Shown: in pieces, positions 1 through 9,986 of the stretch
Numbering within the stretch: the first letter of the stretch is position 1
Layout: each line of letters starts with the position of its first letter
Source: Crenarchaeota archaeon 13_1_40CM_3_52_10
GTDB taxonomy: Archaea; Thermoproteota; Bathyarchaeia; 40CM-2-53-6
Length of the DNA stretch: 43,017 nucleotides
Reading direction: 5' to 3'
Assembly: GCA_001918765.1 (NCBI GenBank)
Contig: MNGO01000011.1
Span: 1-43,017, forward strand
Made by a program: the position numbers and the translations under genes
The notes under the pieces: generated by a model
Databases searched by the model: none
What the model saw: the letters and a program-made list of their open reading frames with translations, nothing else
Told to the model about the DNA's origin: nothing

Positions 1-410
1 TACGAGATGAGATGCTGGAAAGCGTACACCTACGCTTTGATGGAATAATCGGATGGCTTACCTACTGTGGGCTCAAGGCGATGGAGAAAAAGAAGCTGGA
101 TAAGAAGATAATCGACGAAGCTGCTGAGAAAGCTACTCGGCTAGTTGCACTGGAGTTCAAGAACTTTCTCAGGCTTTACAAATCAAACAGGTACAGTGTA
201 GTGATGCGAAATCTAGCTAAAGGGAACACTAGATGGGCAGACCTGAAGAGAGCCGTGGAGTCAAGAGAGGGCGTCACGATAGGCCAGGGCGAGATCACCA
301 AACTGCTTTCTAATCTCGAGGACGCAGGTTTCGTAGCGAAAGGAAACGATGGCACCTACTTCATCGCAGATCCCATGGTCATTGAAGGGGCGTCAAAGGG
401 GGTAATCTAG
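1..410 (+). CDS. C-terminal part of an archaeal AAA-family ATPase with winged-helix domain (5' truncated by window edge)
   Basis: FDGIIGWLTY motif followed by an HTH-like 'WADLKRAVE...LSNLEDAGFV..Y.IADP' segment, typical of archaeal ATPase C-termini. Confidence 0.7.
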   Translation, partial: RDEMLESVHLRFDGIIGWLTYCGLKAMEKKKLDKKIIDEAAEKATRLVALEFKNFLRLYKSNRYSVVMRNLAKGNTRWADLKRAVESREGVTIGQGEITKLLSNLEDAGFVAKGNDGTYFIADPMVIEGASKGVI

Positions 411-640
411 GCGGTGGTTAGTATATGGATATGTACTTAGTATATCTCCCTGCGAGGCTCGTGCGCCAAATTGACTAGAATCCACCCTCTTAAGCCGCTG
501 CACCGTGTGGCGCACTAACCTTCAGGCTAGAATCGTAACCTGCTTTCTACTATCTTCTGTTCGCAGCCCCCGAGATGAATCGTCTATGTGGCGAATTACG
601 ACGTAGAGGGCGGTCATTACCGATTCATGTGCTAGCAAAA

Positions 641-734
641 TGGTGCGGGGGTGGGATTTGAACAGAAGAATCCGTCCTTAGAATACAATCAAGACGAGGT
701 CTCATTCCCGGCGCCTGATTGACCCACGCTCGAG
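641..734 (-). pseudogene. Degraded tRNA-Leu copy / att-like 3' remnant
   Basis: Minus strand ends GTTCAAATCCCACCCCCGCACCA, near-identical to the 3' end of tRNA-Leu at 2729. Upstream has D-arm-like CGAGCGTGGGTCAA..AGGCGCCGG but no 5' acceptor strand or intact anticodon stem. Confidence 0.65.
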
Positions 735-776
735 GTTCATCTTGAATACTGCACGATTTCCCTGTCTCTGCCAGAG

Positions 777-2033
777 CTAGGCTATGTGAAATTCACTCTC
801 GAGGAATCTTGCGAGACCGTCTTTGGTGGAGTCCCACACAATCAGGAATCCCTCTCGTGGCAGTGGTTGAAGCAAAGCCTGAGGAAATTTCTGGCTGACC
901 CAGTCAAGTACATGAATCGATTCTGCCATCTTCTGACTTAGGAAACTTGCGTAGTTGGAGCGAAGAGCCTCGGGAGGAAACTTTTCCTCCTTCAGAATCG
1001 AAAACAATAAGCCTTCTTCCTCTGGAGCCAAGATGCCTTCGGCGAAAGCAAAATCCGACCACAAACGCTTCCCTAATTCTAGAAAATCATCGACAAATGA
1101 CTTGCGTTCGTCCAAGGACAGCATACGGAGCTCCTTGTTATCAAAACCCAACACAACCCAATATTGGTTCAGTCCATGATGCGTGTTTGCCGCGAGTGTT
1201 ACTTGTTTGCCTGAGGGCCTTGTCCACTCGACCCAATCTAGAGTCGAACTTCCTTTCTTTAATGCCACACTCAGTTCTGCTAGCTTTCCCCTAAGGTCGT
1301 CTAGCGTTATCTCTTCAGTGCTCAGAAATGTGAGGTCAACTGTTTGTCCGAATCCTCCGTATCTAGTCGTACTCGACTCTTTACTGGTTGCAAACACTAA
1401 TCTCTGCACGTTCTTTCCCGAGGAATCTGAGACCGTGATGTCGATTGAAGGAGTCAACGAACAAAACTCCTTGAGTAGGCTCAGGAGCTGTTGCAGTTTT
1501 CTTCCGCGGAGCTTGCTGAGGAAAGTGTGCAATTCGCCGGATTTCATAGTGATCGTGGTTAGAGTTGGTTGAACAGTCACTCTGGAAATGTCAGCCCTAT
1601 CCAGAATAATGTCTGAACGTAATCTCTGGAGCTCCTCGATTGTGGTGATCGTGACACGTTCTATCCGGTTTGAAGCTTGTTTGGGGCTCCAGTAGACGAG
1701 AAGTATCAAGTCTACGACAGCCAAGCCCATCACAAAAGGTAAGGGAGGTAACTCTTGGGCGCCTGTTAGCTTCGCATACACAACGAGAAGAATGAGAGAG
1801 ATGATCCAAATGATGAAAATCATCATTGCTGGACGATAAGCCTTGGAAGCTATCTTGGTATATGAGACGCCTATGAAGCGATGGTCGGTCAGATAGATTC
1901 CGTAGCCCACTGGACCGCCAGTCTGTATGTAAGACCTAGACTTGAAGCTGCGAGTTGTCCGGGTCATGCCCGCGCTTGCAATTCCTCCAATGAATTGTTC
2001 CCCCTCCAATGGACGCGTGGTCAACTCAGCCAA
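777..2033 (-). CDS. Hypothetical membrane protein, probable two-domain fusion (PH-like domain with TM hairpin plus an unknown C-terminal domain)
   Basis: 418-aa ORF with two hydrophobic segments. N-terminal GEQFIGGIAS...GYGIYLTDHRFIGV resembles the ORF at 38767. Confidence 0.7.
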   Translation of the reverse strand: MAELTTRPLEGEQFIGGIASAGMTRTTRSFKSRSYIQTGGPVGYGIYLTDHRFIGVSYTKIASKAYRPAMMIFIIWIISLILLVVYAKLTGAQELPPLPFVMGLAVVDLILLVYWSPKQASNRIERVTITTIEELQRLRSDIILDRADISRVTVQPTLTTITMKSGELHTFLSKLRGRKLQQLLSLLKEFCSLTPSIDITVSDSSGKNVQRLVFATSKESSTTRYGGFGQTVDLTFLSTEEITLDDLRGKLAELSVALKKGSSTLDWVEWTRPSGKQVTLAANTHHGLNQYWVVLGFDNKELRMLSLDERKSFVDDFLELGKRLWSDFAFAEGILAPEEEGLLFSILKEEKFPPEALRSNYASFLSQKMAESIHVLDWVSQKFPQALLQPLPREGFLIVWDSTKDGLARFLESEFHIA

Positions 2034-2551
2034 TTCTCCAGTATCATGAGATTTCGTTGCTGCTCTTGGAAAAATCGGTTATGGTAGAGTTCTTTGTTTA
2101 GACGAAGAAACATGTCACTTAACTGTTTGGAAACAGATACAATGGCTTCAATCCACTCCTTCGATGAAACTGCTCCAACTTGAACGGTCTGGGGCCAGGT
2201 CACTCCCTGCGTGGGACCAGCGGAATTGACTGCTATGTAGATGCTGAGACTGTCGCCGTTCCTTTTGAGCTTGAAGCCGAACCCTGTGCCATACATCCAA
2301 AAGTTATACTCTGCATCGCTCTTTGGATTCTCCTTGAAGTCCTCAACGATGTCGAGAGTTTCATTGATCCATTGCTCCCTCGAATGCATGATTACAGTGT
2401 GCCTCGCACCTTCGACTCCAACAGAACGGAACACGTTTCTCCCGTCGATTTCAAGAGCCACAGTTGCTTCAAGAATCGAGTAGCCTTCTTCATCAGTTAC
2501 TCGCTTCTCATCCATATCAAAAAGTATGAATTGACATGCCATGGGTCCCAC
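2021..2551 (-). CDS. Hypothetical protein
   Basis: 176-aa ORF, acidic/aromatic composition, overlaps the start of the downstream ORF. Confidence 0.7.
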   Translation of the reverse strand: MGPMACQFILFDMDEKRVTDEEGYSILEATVALEIDGRNVFRSVGVEGARHTVIMHSREQWINETLDIVEDFKENPKSDAEYNFWMYGTGFGFKLKRNGDSLSIYIAVNSAGPTQGVTWPQTVQVGAVSSKEWIEAIVSVSKQLSDMFLRLNKELYHNRFFQEQQRNLMILENWLS

Positions 2552-2728
2552 GGTTCGCGGTAAATTGTTCTCCTACTTCTAAGCTAAGAAAATAGTGAGC
2601 TTCACGGAAGTTCTCGTCACGCAGGGACCTCGTCTGGAGGGATCTCCAGTTATTCAGTTGTAAGGTTACATCAGGCAACTATTCAAGGCTGTTTCACCGG
2701 AATGAGTTCAGAAATCGCCACATCTGGT

Positions 2729-2909
2729 TGGTGCGGGGGGTGGGATTCGAACCCACGAAGGCCTACGCCACGGGATAGCACACCCGCGTTTTGCTTAGGC
2801 ATCAATCGAATCGATGCCTTTCGCCATATTGGGTCTTGAGTGTAGCGCGCGCGTGCTAGGCGCGACCCGCCCATCTGGTCAGATATTGACCTGACTCTGG
2901 TACCCCCGC
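2729..2909 (-). tRNA. tRNA-Leu(CAA) with three introns (2875-2885 D-loop, 2842-2865 at 30/31, 2777-2834 at 37/38); CCA encoded
   Basis: Removing the three BHB/BHL-bounded inserts gives GCGGGGGTACCAGAGTCAGGTCAAATGGGCGGGACTCAAGATCCCGTGGCGTAGGCCTTCGTGGGTTCGAATCCCACCCCCCGCACCA, a canonical class II cloverleaf. Confidence 0.92.
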
Positions 2910-3062
2910 ACGAGGAAATCCCAGGTTAGTCTTCTCAAATATGCCTTAAGGCGTTTCATTCCGACGGAATCCATCGGGTCCTAATCGCTCGACTCCCTAC
3001 GGAGTTCCGCCCCAAAGATATTATTGCTCGAACAGCTTTCTTCCTCGCGTAGGGCTTTCCCG

Positions 3063-3668
3063 ATGTCTCAGACTCAGACCCGGAAACAGAAGATTCTTGG
3101 AGACGTCAAGAGAAAACGCCGCCAGAGAACACTAACAACCCTTACGATCGTAATAGTTCTCATCGCAGTAATCGTGACCGCTGTTGCCTTATTCCCTAGG
3201 TCCACGAATCTTGTGCCTCTTCCCGACTATCTGAGCCACTGTGTGTATGGCTCGGTTTACCACTCACACCCCAACTTGATCATCACAATAAACGGAGTGA
3301 ACTTCCCCTTACCACCCACACCGGGGACGGTCGACAATGGTTGCCTTCAGCCCATTCACACCCATGATGCGACAGGCGTACTCCATATCGAAACGGACCA
3401 AAATAGGGACTACACGCTGGGGGACTGGTTCCTCTTATGGGGACACTGGGCTAACAACCCCACGACGGCCATTTTCAACTCGACACAGATATTCAATCAC
3501 AAGGTAGATGGCATACACCATCTAAACATGACAGTAAATGGCAATCCTAACAACGATCCCAACACCAGTTTTCAACATCACGTCTTCCCCCATAACGCAG
3601 CTCCTTCACCAGGTCTATGCGTTATCCAGCCCTGCGTGCTCGACAACGTAGTGATAACATACGGCTAG
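3063..3668 (+). CDS. Membrane-anchored His/Cys-rich hypothetical protein (possible metal binding)
   Basis: Basic N-terminus, one TM helix, HSHPNL and C.QPIHTHDATGVLHIE motifs. Confidence 0.75.
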   Translation: MSQTQTRKQKILGDVKRKRRQRTLTTLTIVIVLIAVIVTAVALFPRSTNLVPLPDYLSHCVYGSVYHSHPNLIITINGVNFPLPPTPGTVDNGCLQPIHTHDATGVLHIETDQNRDYTLGDWFLLWGHWANNPTTAIFNSTQIFNHKVDGIHHLNMTVNGNPNNDPNTSFQHHVFPHNAAPSPGLCVIQPCVLDNVVITYG

Positions 3669-3857
3669 CAAGCAATGTCCAAAAGTTCAACCATTCCCTC
3701 CGAGTTGACTCGCCACCATTGGTCTGGACGCAGTATTGTCTTTCACTCCGGAACGATCCCGTGACAAATCTTGCGGAACGTATTGTCGATGGCTCTATTA
3801 CCGAGTCCCCTCTCACCATTATGATCCCTTACATCAAGCGGGGATTTGCTATCATTA

Positions 3858-4277
3858 TTGAGAACTAGCGAGATGGTCATCATCGCACTTGTCGCCGCTG
3901 CCCTCGCGACAGGGGGAGTGCTCGCTGTGGTGCTCACTCCTCCCCCGTCTCCTTGCTCAGGGGTCGCCGGAGCACTTCGCTCATTCACGATTATTGCAGA
4001 TTCGAATGGCTACAACGGCAGTCTGACCAAAACCGGATCTTGGCCTGTTGTCACGGTCCAACGTTGTGATAATGTGGTTTTCACCGTGATCAATAATTCT
4101 ACCGAGTCTCACGGGTTCGCGGTGGCCTATTACTCAAACGTCGGTTTGGAGTTGGTGGGAGGAGCCCACCAGACTCTAAAGTTTCAAGCTACGAGGGGCG
4201 GACAGTTCCAAATATATTGCACGATCAACTGCTCAATTCACCGCCAAATGCAGAATGGTCTACTAAACGTAGCCTAG
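3858..4277 (+). CDS. Membrane-anchored cupredoxin-domain protein
   Basis: Signal/anchor segment, HGF and YCTINCSIHRQM copper-ligand pattern. Start is either TTG 3858 or ATG 3873. Confidence 0.8.
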   Translation: MRTSEMVIIALVAAALATGGVLAVVLTPPPSPCSGVAGALRSFTIIADSNGYNGSLTKTGSWPVVTVQRCDNVVFTVINNSTESHGFAVAYYSNVGLELVGGAHQTLKFQATRGGQFQIYCTINCSIHRQMQNGLLNVA

Positions 4278-4299
4278 GCATTCATCACGGAGAACTATC

Positions 4300-5808
4300 A
4301 TGCGACTATCATATGCGATCGCACCAATCCTGTTCGTCGTTTTCTTCTCCCCACTCGTGTCCCACACCACCATACCTATCCACCTTGTCGGCCAACCCAA
4401 TGCTGCACCATTCAGCCCGCAAACATACGTAACCCTCATGGAGAAATCCACAGATTCAAGCTTCAGCCCATTGGTCCTTTATCCAACAAACACGACTGTA
4501 TGGGTTGCAGGATCCTCGGGGACGCCGCAGAATTCGCAGATTAGGGAGTACTTCATTGATAATCGAACCTCGAAACCCGTGGCTAATCTCGTAAACGTCA
4601 CGATCAACTCTTTGCTTGTTGACCCTCAAGGTAGAGTGTGGTTCACGGACAACTCAACACTCGCATATTATGACAGCCAGCACCTGACGGTGAACAAGAC
4701 AATAACCTTCCCCAACCAAAGCCTGTGGTATTTGGCGCTAGACCATCAGGGAAGAATATGGATGACAGTGTTCGGCTCGACTGGCAAGAGTAGCGTGGTA
4801 ATGTTCGATCCTTCTAACGGTTTGAACCGGACCTACTCTGTTCCGACGAGCAACGCGTTTGTTCAAGGAATCACTGTTGCTCCTGACAATGCAATCTGGT
4901 TCGCAGAGGCAGGGGCAAAGACGCTTGGTCGCATTGCCTGTGACAGCTGCGATATTGAGCAGTTTCCTGCGCCTTCTTCTCTAGGCATTGCAGCGCTTTC
5001 ACAGGCGGCGGTCGACAACTCCGGCAATGTTTGGTTCACCGTTCATGAGGGGGACAATCAGTTCGGTGTGTTCAGCCCGCCGAATACCTGGAAGGCTTTT
5101 CCAATTGGATACTGTCTCGACGCTTGTGTTTCGGGTCTTCCAAACGCTATTTTTGTGGACGCCCATAACAAGATTTGGTTTTCGGAACATATTGCCGGGA
5201 GAGTAGGAAGCTATGACCCTTCTAGTGATCTCTTAACCGAGTATGCTGTCTCTCCTGACCCCTTCCCGGCAGTCTGGTGGGCAATGCCGGGGCCGAACAA
5301 TCTGGTGTGGTTTGTCGCCAACCGACTTGGCGAAGTGGGTTACGTGAACGCCAGTTTGCCGGTTCCGGTGAACCTTGCCGGACCCTCAGGTGACATTGTC
5401 ATCCAGAAGGGATTCTATCGAAACATTCTAGTTACTGTCAACTTTCAAGGTCCTCAGACCCTATCTTTCGCTGTCTCTCCCTTAACCCAAGACCAGCAGT
5501 CCTCGACATCTCCCGCCCAACTTTACGGGTCCGGGCCTTCGAGCATCGGACCGAGCACCAGTCCTCAAACAGCTACGATCAGTGTCTCAGCTGCCTGGAG
5601 CGCGACCTCCGGAGCTCGCTACGTAGCTCTGACTGCTACCTGGAATAATGTGTCTGTGAGCATCCATGTTAGGATAATGGTTGTCGAAGCTTCCGTGCCG
5701 GTCGTTGCTTTAGGTTTCTCGTTCCTGATCCTTCTTGGATGTCCCGCGTTCTATTTGCGAAGGCCGAGGAAACCCAAGTTGCAGGTTTCGAAAAGGATTA
5801 GGAGATAA
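4300..5808 (+). CDS. Secreted Vgb (virginiamycin B lyase)-like beta-propeller with C-terminal membrane anchor
   Basis: Repeated D..G.VWFT / IWFAE / IWFSEH blades, signal peptide, C-terminal TM and basic tail. Confidence 0.8.
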   Translation: MRLSYAIAPILFVVFFSPLVSHTTIPIHLVGQPNAAPFSPQTYVTLMEKSTDSSFSPLVLYPTNTTVWVAGSSGTPQNSQIREYFIDNRTSKPVANLVNVTINSLLVDPQGRVWFTDNSTLAYYDSQHLTVNKTITFPNQSLWYLALDHQGRIWMTVFGSTGKSSVVMFDPSNGLNRTYSVPTSNAFVQGITVAPDNAIWFAEAGAKTLGRIACDSCDIEQFPAPSSLGIAALSQAAVDNSGNVWFTVHEGDNQFGVFSPPNTWKAFPIGYCLDACVSGLPNAIFVDAHNKIWFSEHIAGRVGSYDPSSDLLTEYAVSPDPFPAVWWAMPGPNNLVWFVANRLGEVGYVNASLPVPVNLAGPSGDIVIQKGFYRNILVTVNFQGPQTLSFAVSPLTQDQQSSTSPAQLYGSGPSSIGPSTSPQTATISVSAAWSATSGARYVALTATWNNVSVSIHVRIMVVEASVPVVALGFSFLILLGCPAFYLRRPRKPKLQVSKRIRR

Positions 5809-5813
5809 TCGTG

Positions 5814-6122
5814 CTAGAGCAGTTCTATTTCGATGAAAACGTCATCCGGCGCTCTTATCCTCATTAATCTCTTCAAGAATCTTTCGTTCGGATCTACGTC
5901 GATGAGGCGTTTGTGAATTCTCATCTCCCACTTGTCGAAAGTGTGCGTTCCTTGTCCCGCCGGCGATTTTCTTGATGGGACGATGAGCTTCTTGGTCGGC
6001 AGGGGTATTGGTCCTTTCAGTTTGACACCTGTCTTGTCCGCTATGTCTTTGATCTCGGTGCATATCGTGTTGATGTCCTGGGGGTCTGTGCTGGACAATC
6101 GGATTCTAGCTTTGGAAACCAT
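5814..6122 (-). CDS. rps10: 30S ribosomal protein S10 (uS10)
   Basis: [26 protein letters not shown]. Confidence 0.97.
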   Translation of the reverse strand: MVSKARIRLSSTDPQDINTICTEIKDIADKTGVKLKGPIPLPTKKLIVPSRKSPAGQGTHTFDKWEMRIHKRLIDVDPNERFLKRLMRIRAPDDVFIEIELL

Positions 6123-6614
6123 ACCAGGATACCTTCATTGTCGACCTTTTGTTGCGAAGAGTGAGGGCAGGTCCAGTGCGGTTAAAAACCTTGGTGTAAA
6201 CTGACGCGGAAACCGAGGCATTGAAACTCGTGGGTTTGAACAAGAGAGAGTGTTCTAAGACAATGAGCCGCAGTTACTGACGGGTAGCGACGCACTCAGT
6301 TGACGCTTAGCCCTGGCTTCCAGGCCCGCATCCATCTCTCTTTCCGGCTGTAAATGAGGCAGGCTAGGATGAGCAGCGTTCCGAGAGGTAATAGCGCCAG
6401 ATGTATGAGGCTTCAGGGACATTTGTCCAAAGAAAAACCTATCGGCTTCGATAATGTTAGCTGACGAAGCCCAACCCAGTCCATCCTTGAGCGGTTACCA
6501 TGGCGAATAGGTTCCAAAGACGGCTCGACCGCTAAGTATGCAAACAAGACAGCAGATCCACGGACCCTTTGTTAGAGTCCAAGAGTATCCTTGGACAGCT
6601 ATTGCAGTGTTTAG

Positions 6615-7913
6615 CTAGCCCTTCGTGAGGATCTCTTTGACAACACCGACCCCGACGGTGCTGCCCATGTCCCGGATTGCAAATCTTCCAAGCTCGGGAA
6701 TATCGGAGAACGCTTCCAAGACCATGTTGTGCAAGGGTTTCATCTTTACAAGGGCGCTGTCCCCGACCTTGAGGAAGCTGGGCTTCTCCTCGACCACCTG
6801 ACCTGTTCGCGGGTCAATCTTCTTGATGAGTTCCTCGAAAGTAACACCGACAGTAGCAGTGTGCGCATGCAATACGGGCGTGTATCCTGCGGCGATGGCA
6901 GTCGGGTGGTAGATGATAATGATCTGTCCAATAAATTCTTTCGCGATCGTCGGTGGCTTGTCGGTGTGGCCCATGACTTCTCCTCGCCCGATCTCGTTCT
7001 TTGCAACTCCTCTGATGTTGAAGCCGATGTTATCTCCGGGCTCAGCCTTCGTCATCCGTACATGATGAGTCTCGATCGACTTTACCTCGCCGAGCTTTCC
7101 GGAGGGATTGAAGATGACCTTGTCACCATCCCTCACAACACCTGTTTCGACTCGTCCCACTGGAACAGTCCCAACACCGGTGATCGTGTACACGTCCTGT
7201 ATAGGAACGCGCAGAGGCTTGTCCAACGGCTTCGGTGGAGGAATGAAATCGTTGAGCGCATCGAACACTGTAACCCCCTTGTACCACGGGGTGTTAGTGC
7301 TCCTTTTCGATAGGTTATCGCCAAGCCATCCGCTTGTCGGAACGAATGGAATCTTTGAAATGTCAAAGCCGACAGTCTTGAGCAATCCTTCGAGTTCTTT
7401 CCGGCATTCTTTGTATCGTTCCTCGGAATACTTGACCGTCTGATCGTCCATCTTGTTGACAGCAACGACCAAGTTCTTCACTCCGAGAGTCCTAGCTAGG
7501 TAGGCGTGCTCTCTCGCCTGACCGCCGGGTCCGACGGCGACTTCGAATTCGCCCTTCTTACCCGAGATGACGAGAATAGCGACGTCTGCCTGGCTGGCAC
7601 CAGTGATCATGTTCTTGATGAAGTCTCGGTGTCCGGGTGCGTCGATGATGGTGTAGAAATTCTTCGGTGTCTCAAACTTTTGGAATGAGAGATCGATGGT
7701 AACCCCTCTCTCCCTCTCTTCCTTGATCGTGTCTAGGACCCAGGCGTACTTGAAAGTATCACCGGCTCCTGTCTTTTCAGACTCTTTCGCGTACTGCTCG
7801 ATTGTCTTCTGGTCAATGTATCCTGCGTCGAACAGAAGATGACCTGTCAGCGTACTCTTTCCGTGGTCAACGTGGCCCATCACTATCAGGTTAAGATGGG
7901 GCTTTGCGGACAT
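6615..7913 (-). CDS. tuf: Translation elongation factor aEF-1alpha
   Basis: GHVDHGKST, ERERGVTID, DAPGHRDF, NKMD, LGRFAIRDMG. Confidence 0.99.
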   Translation of the reverse strand: MSAKPHLNLIVMGHVDHGKSTLTGHLLFDAGYIDQKTIEQYAKESEKTGAGDTFKYAWVLDTIKEERERGVTIDLSFQKFETPKNFYTIIDAPGHRDFIKNMITGASQADVAILVISGKKGEFEVAVGPGGQAREHAYLARTLGVKNLVVAVNKMDDQTVKYSEERYKECRKELEGLLKTVGFDISKIPFVPTSGWLGDNLSKRSTNTPWYKGVTVFDALNDFIPPPKPLDKPLRVPIQDVYTITGVGTVPVGRVETGVVRDGDKVIFNPSGKLGEVKSIETHHVRMTKAEPGDNIGFNIRGVAKNEIGRGEVMGHTDKPPTIAKEFIGQIIIIYHPTAIAAGYTPVLHAHTATVGVTFEELIKKIDPRTGQVVEEKPSFLKVGDSALVKMKPLHNMVLEAFSDIPELGRFAIRDMGSTVGVGVVKEILTKG

Positions 7914-8098
7914 TGTCTTGGTTCAAACTCCCTTCTCGAAGCGAAGAGAGCAAACGCCCGGTTTCTTTATAAAAAGGCTTGTTCCCTATTTCCACTGTTC
8001 TAATCGAAGAAAAATCTACAACCGTGATTTTCCCTGAATTATGAAGAAAGGTCTAAATGGGAACTTTCTCGCCGCTTTCCGATTCGAAGGCAGAATGA

Positions 8099-9388
8099 TT
8101 GCTAGAGACCACTTCTAAGCACGAAGCTGCTCCGTCAAGCCTCGGCATGCAGAAAACCCAGTACGACATTGCTGTAGAACAATTCCAGCGCGCCGCTGAC
8201 TTGATGAAGCTGGATCAGAACGTTCAGGAGATTCTTCGAAAGCCTCGGAGAATTCTTAGCATAAACTTCCCTGTCAAAATGGACGATGGCAGGATCCTAC
8301 TCTATCAGGGATTCAGAAGCCAGCACAACAACGCCCTAGGACCTTACAAGGGTGGAATCAGATACCACCCCAACGTCACTATCGAAGAAGTAAAGGCGTT
8401 GTCCATGTGGATGACGTGGAAGTGCGCGGTTGCAGGTATTCCATTTGGAGGTGCAAAGGGAGGCGTTACAGTTAACCCGAAACTCCTGTCCAAACACGAA
8501 CTGGAGAGGCTCTCCAGAACATTCTTCTCTCTCATAAGCGAGATTGTCGGTCCCTTCCGAGACATACCGGCTCCGGATGTCTACACCGATTCTCAAACGA
8601 TGGCATGGTTTATGGATGAATACAGCAAGACCGAAAGGAACAACGCGAACGCGGTCGTGACAGGTAAGCCGATAATAATAGGAGGCTCCCTCGGACGGGA
8701 TTCGGCCACCGGGAAGGGAGTCGCGGTCAGCGTTGAGGAAGCTGCGAGGCATCTCAAGATCGATCTGAAGAAGGCAACCTGCGCAATCCAAGGCTGGGGA
8801 AACGTAGGCTCCTTCGCCCACCAGTTCCTTGAAGAAGCCGGAGTCAAAGTTGTCGCCGTCTCCGACTCAAAGGGAGGAATTCACAAGAAAACAGGCCTAT
8901 GGTTCAACGAGGTAGCAGCCTACAAGAAGAAGAACACGAGCATGGCGAACTTAACCGGGACCGAGAACATTTCGAACGAGGAACTACTCGAACTAGACGT
9001 GGACATACTCGTACCAGCCGCGCTAGAAGACGTCATCACCGAAAATAACGCTCGAAACATCAAGGCAAAGCTAGTCGCCGAAGGCGCTAACGGGCCGACC
9101 ACACCCGAGGCCGACGACATACTCTTCAAGAAAGACATCACCCTGATCCCGGACATCCTAGCAAACTCTGGCGGGGTAAGCACAAGCTACCTTGAATGGG
9201 TACAGAATCTCCAACACCTCTGGTGGACCGCTGAAGAAGTAGACCATCGCCTAACCGCGATAATGAAGAAGGCCTTCGCCGAGGTTTGGAAGACCAGTCA
9301 GGAGCAGAATGTCGACATGCGTACCGGCGCGTACGTCTACGCTATTGGAAAGGTCCGGGACGCTATGCAGATCCGAGGCTGGGTCTAA
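8099..9388 (+). CDS. gdhA: Glutamate dehydrogenase
   Basis: GPYKGGIRYHP, GGAKGG, DIPAPD, IQGWGNVG, EGANGP. Confidence 0.96.
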   Translation: MLETTSKHEAAPSSLGMQKTQYDIAVEQFQRAADLMKLDQNVQEILRKPRRILSINFPVKMDDGRILLYQGFRSQHNNALGPYKGGIRYHPNVTIEEVKALSMWMTWKCAVAGIPFGGAKGGVTVNPKLLSKHELERLSRTFFSLISEIVGPFRDIPAPDVYTDSQTMAWFMDEYSKTERNNANAVVTGKPIIIGGSLGRDSATGKGVAVSVEEAARHLKIDLKKATCAIQGWGNVGSFAHQFLEEAGVKVVAVSDSKGGIHKKTGLWFNEVAAYKKKNTSMANLTGTENISNEELLELDVDILVPAALEDVITENNARNIKAKLVAEGANGPTTPEADDILFKKDITLIPDILANSGGVSTSYLEWVQNLQHLWWTAEEVDHRLTAIMKKAFAEVWKTSQEQNVDMRTGAYVYAIGKVRDAMQIRGWV

Positions 9389-9405
9389 ACAACTACTGCT
9401 AACAG

Positions 9406-9876
9406 CTAGTCCAACAGCGCGGTGAGCTTTCGCTCTTCACGAGCCTCATCAGCCATAGCATCCATGGCCATCTTATGAGTAACCATGTCGCTATCTCGCG
9501 TCTTGCTAGCGAGCCTCTGGTAGAATTCCAGTGACGACCTTTCAAGCTTCAAGCTCTCCTTAATCATCGCCTTCAGATCATTTCCCCTCCGCGGCGGGTC
9601 CGTGTAAGAGAAGAAAGCTTTCTTCTCCCATTCAACCGGTTTTGATACGGGCACTCCTCCGAGCTGGATGATTCTTTCCATGAATCTTGAGGCGTGGTCC
9701 CATTCTCCGTCAGCCATCTCCCTGAAGAGCTTCGAGAGGGGTAGCGAGCTTATTCCGGTGGCTATCTTGCTCAAGTACAGGTATCGGAACGCAGCCAAAG
9801 TCTCTCCGGCAAGAGCTTGGTTGAGATCATCTAGAAGCGTCGGTTCCTTCTTGACTGACAAGACTGGTCGAACCAT
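9406..9876 (-). CDS. Ferritin/Dps/bacterioferritin-like protein
   Basis: LNQALAGE..Y, EWDHA..FMERIIQLGGVP four-helix-bundle pattern. Confidence 0.85.
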   Translation of the reverse strand: MVRPVLSVKKEPTLLDDLNQALAGETLAAFRYLYLSKIATGISSLPLSKLFREMADGEWDHASRFMERIIQLGGVPVSKPVEWEKKAFFSYTDPPRRGNDLKAMIKESLKLERSSLEFYQRLASKTRDSDMVTHKMAMDAMADEAREERKLTALLD

Positions 9877-9986
9877 TGCCTAGCCTCCGGGAGTCTTTTT
9901 AGCCTTATTCCAACAGCCAGATGTTGTGGAAATCACAAAGCAAGATGCTGATGAGGGACGAGGCACTGAACGTGTCTAGCCGCGCC

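Noticed and set aside
664-722. T-arm intron reading of the tRNA remnant (CGTGGG...TTCAAAT)
   Set aside because: No BHB motif and no 5' tRNA half upstream
2777-2834. Possible C/D guide RNA inside the 58-nt tRNA-Leu intron
   Set aside because: Only a GGCATC/GATGCC hairpin is present; no C or D boxes
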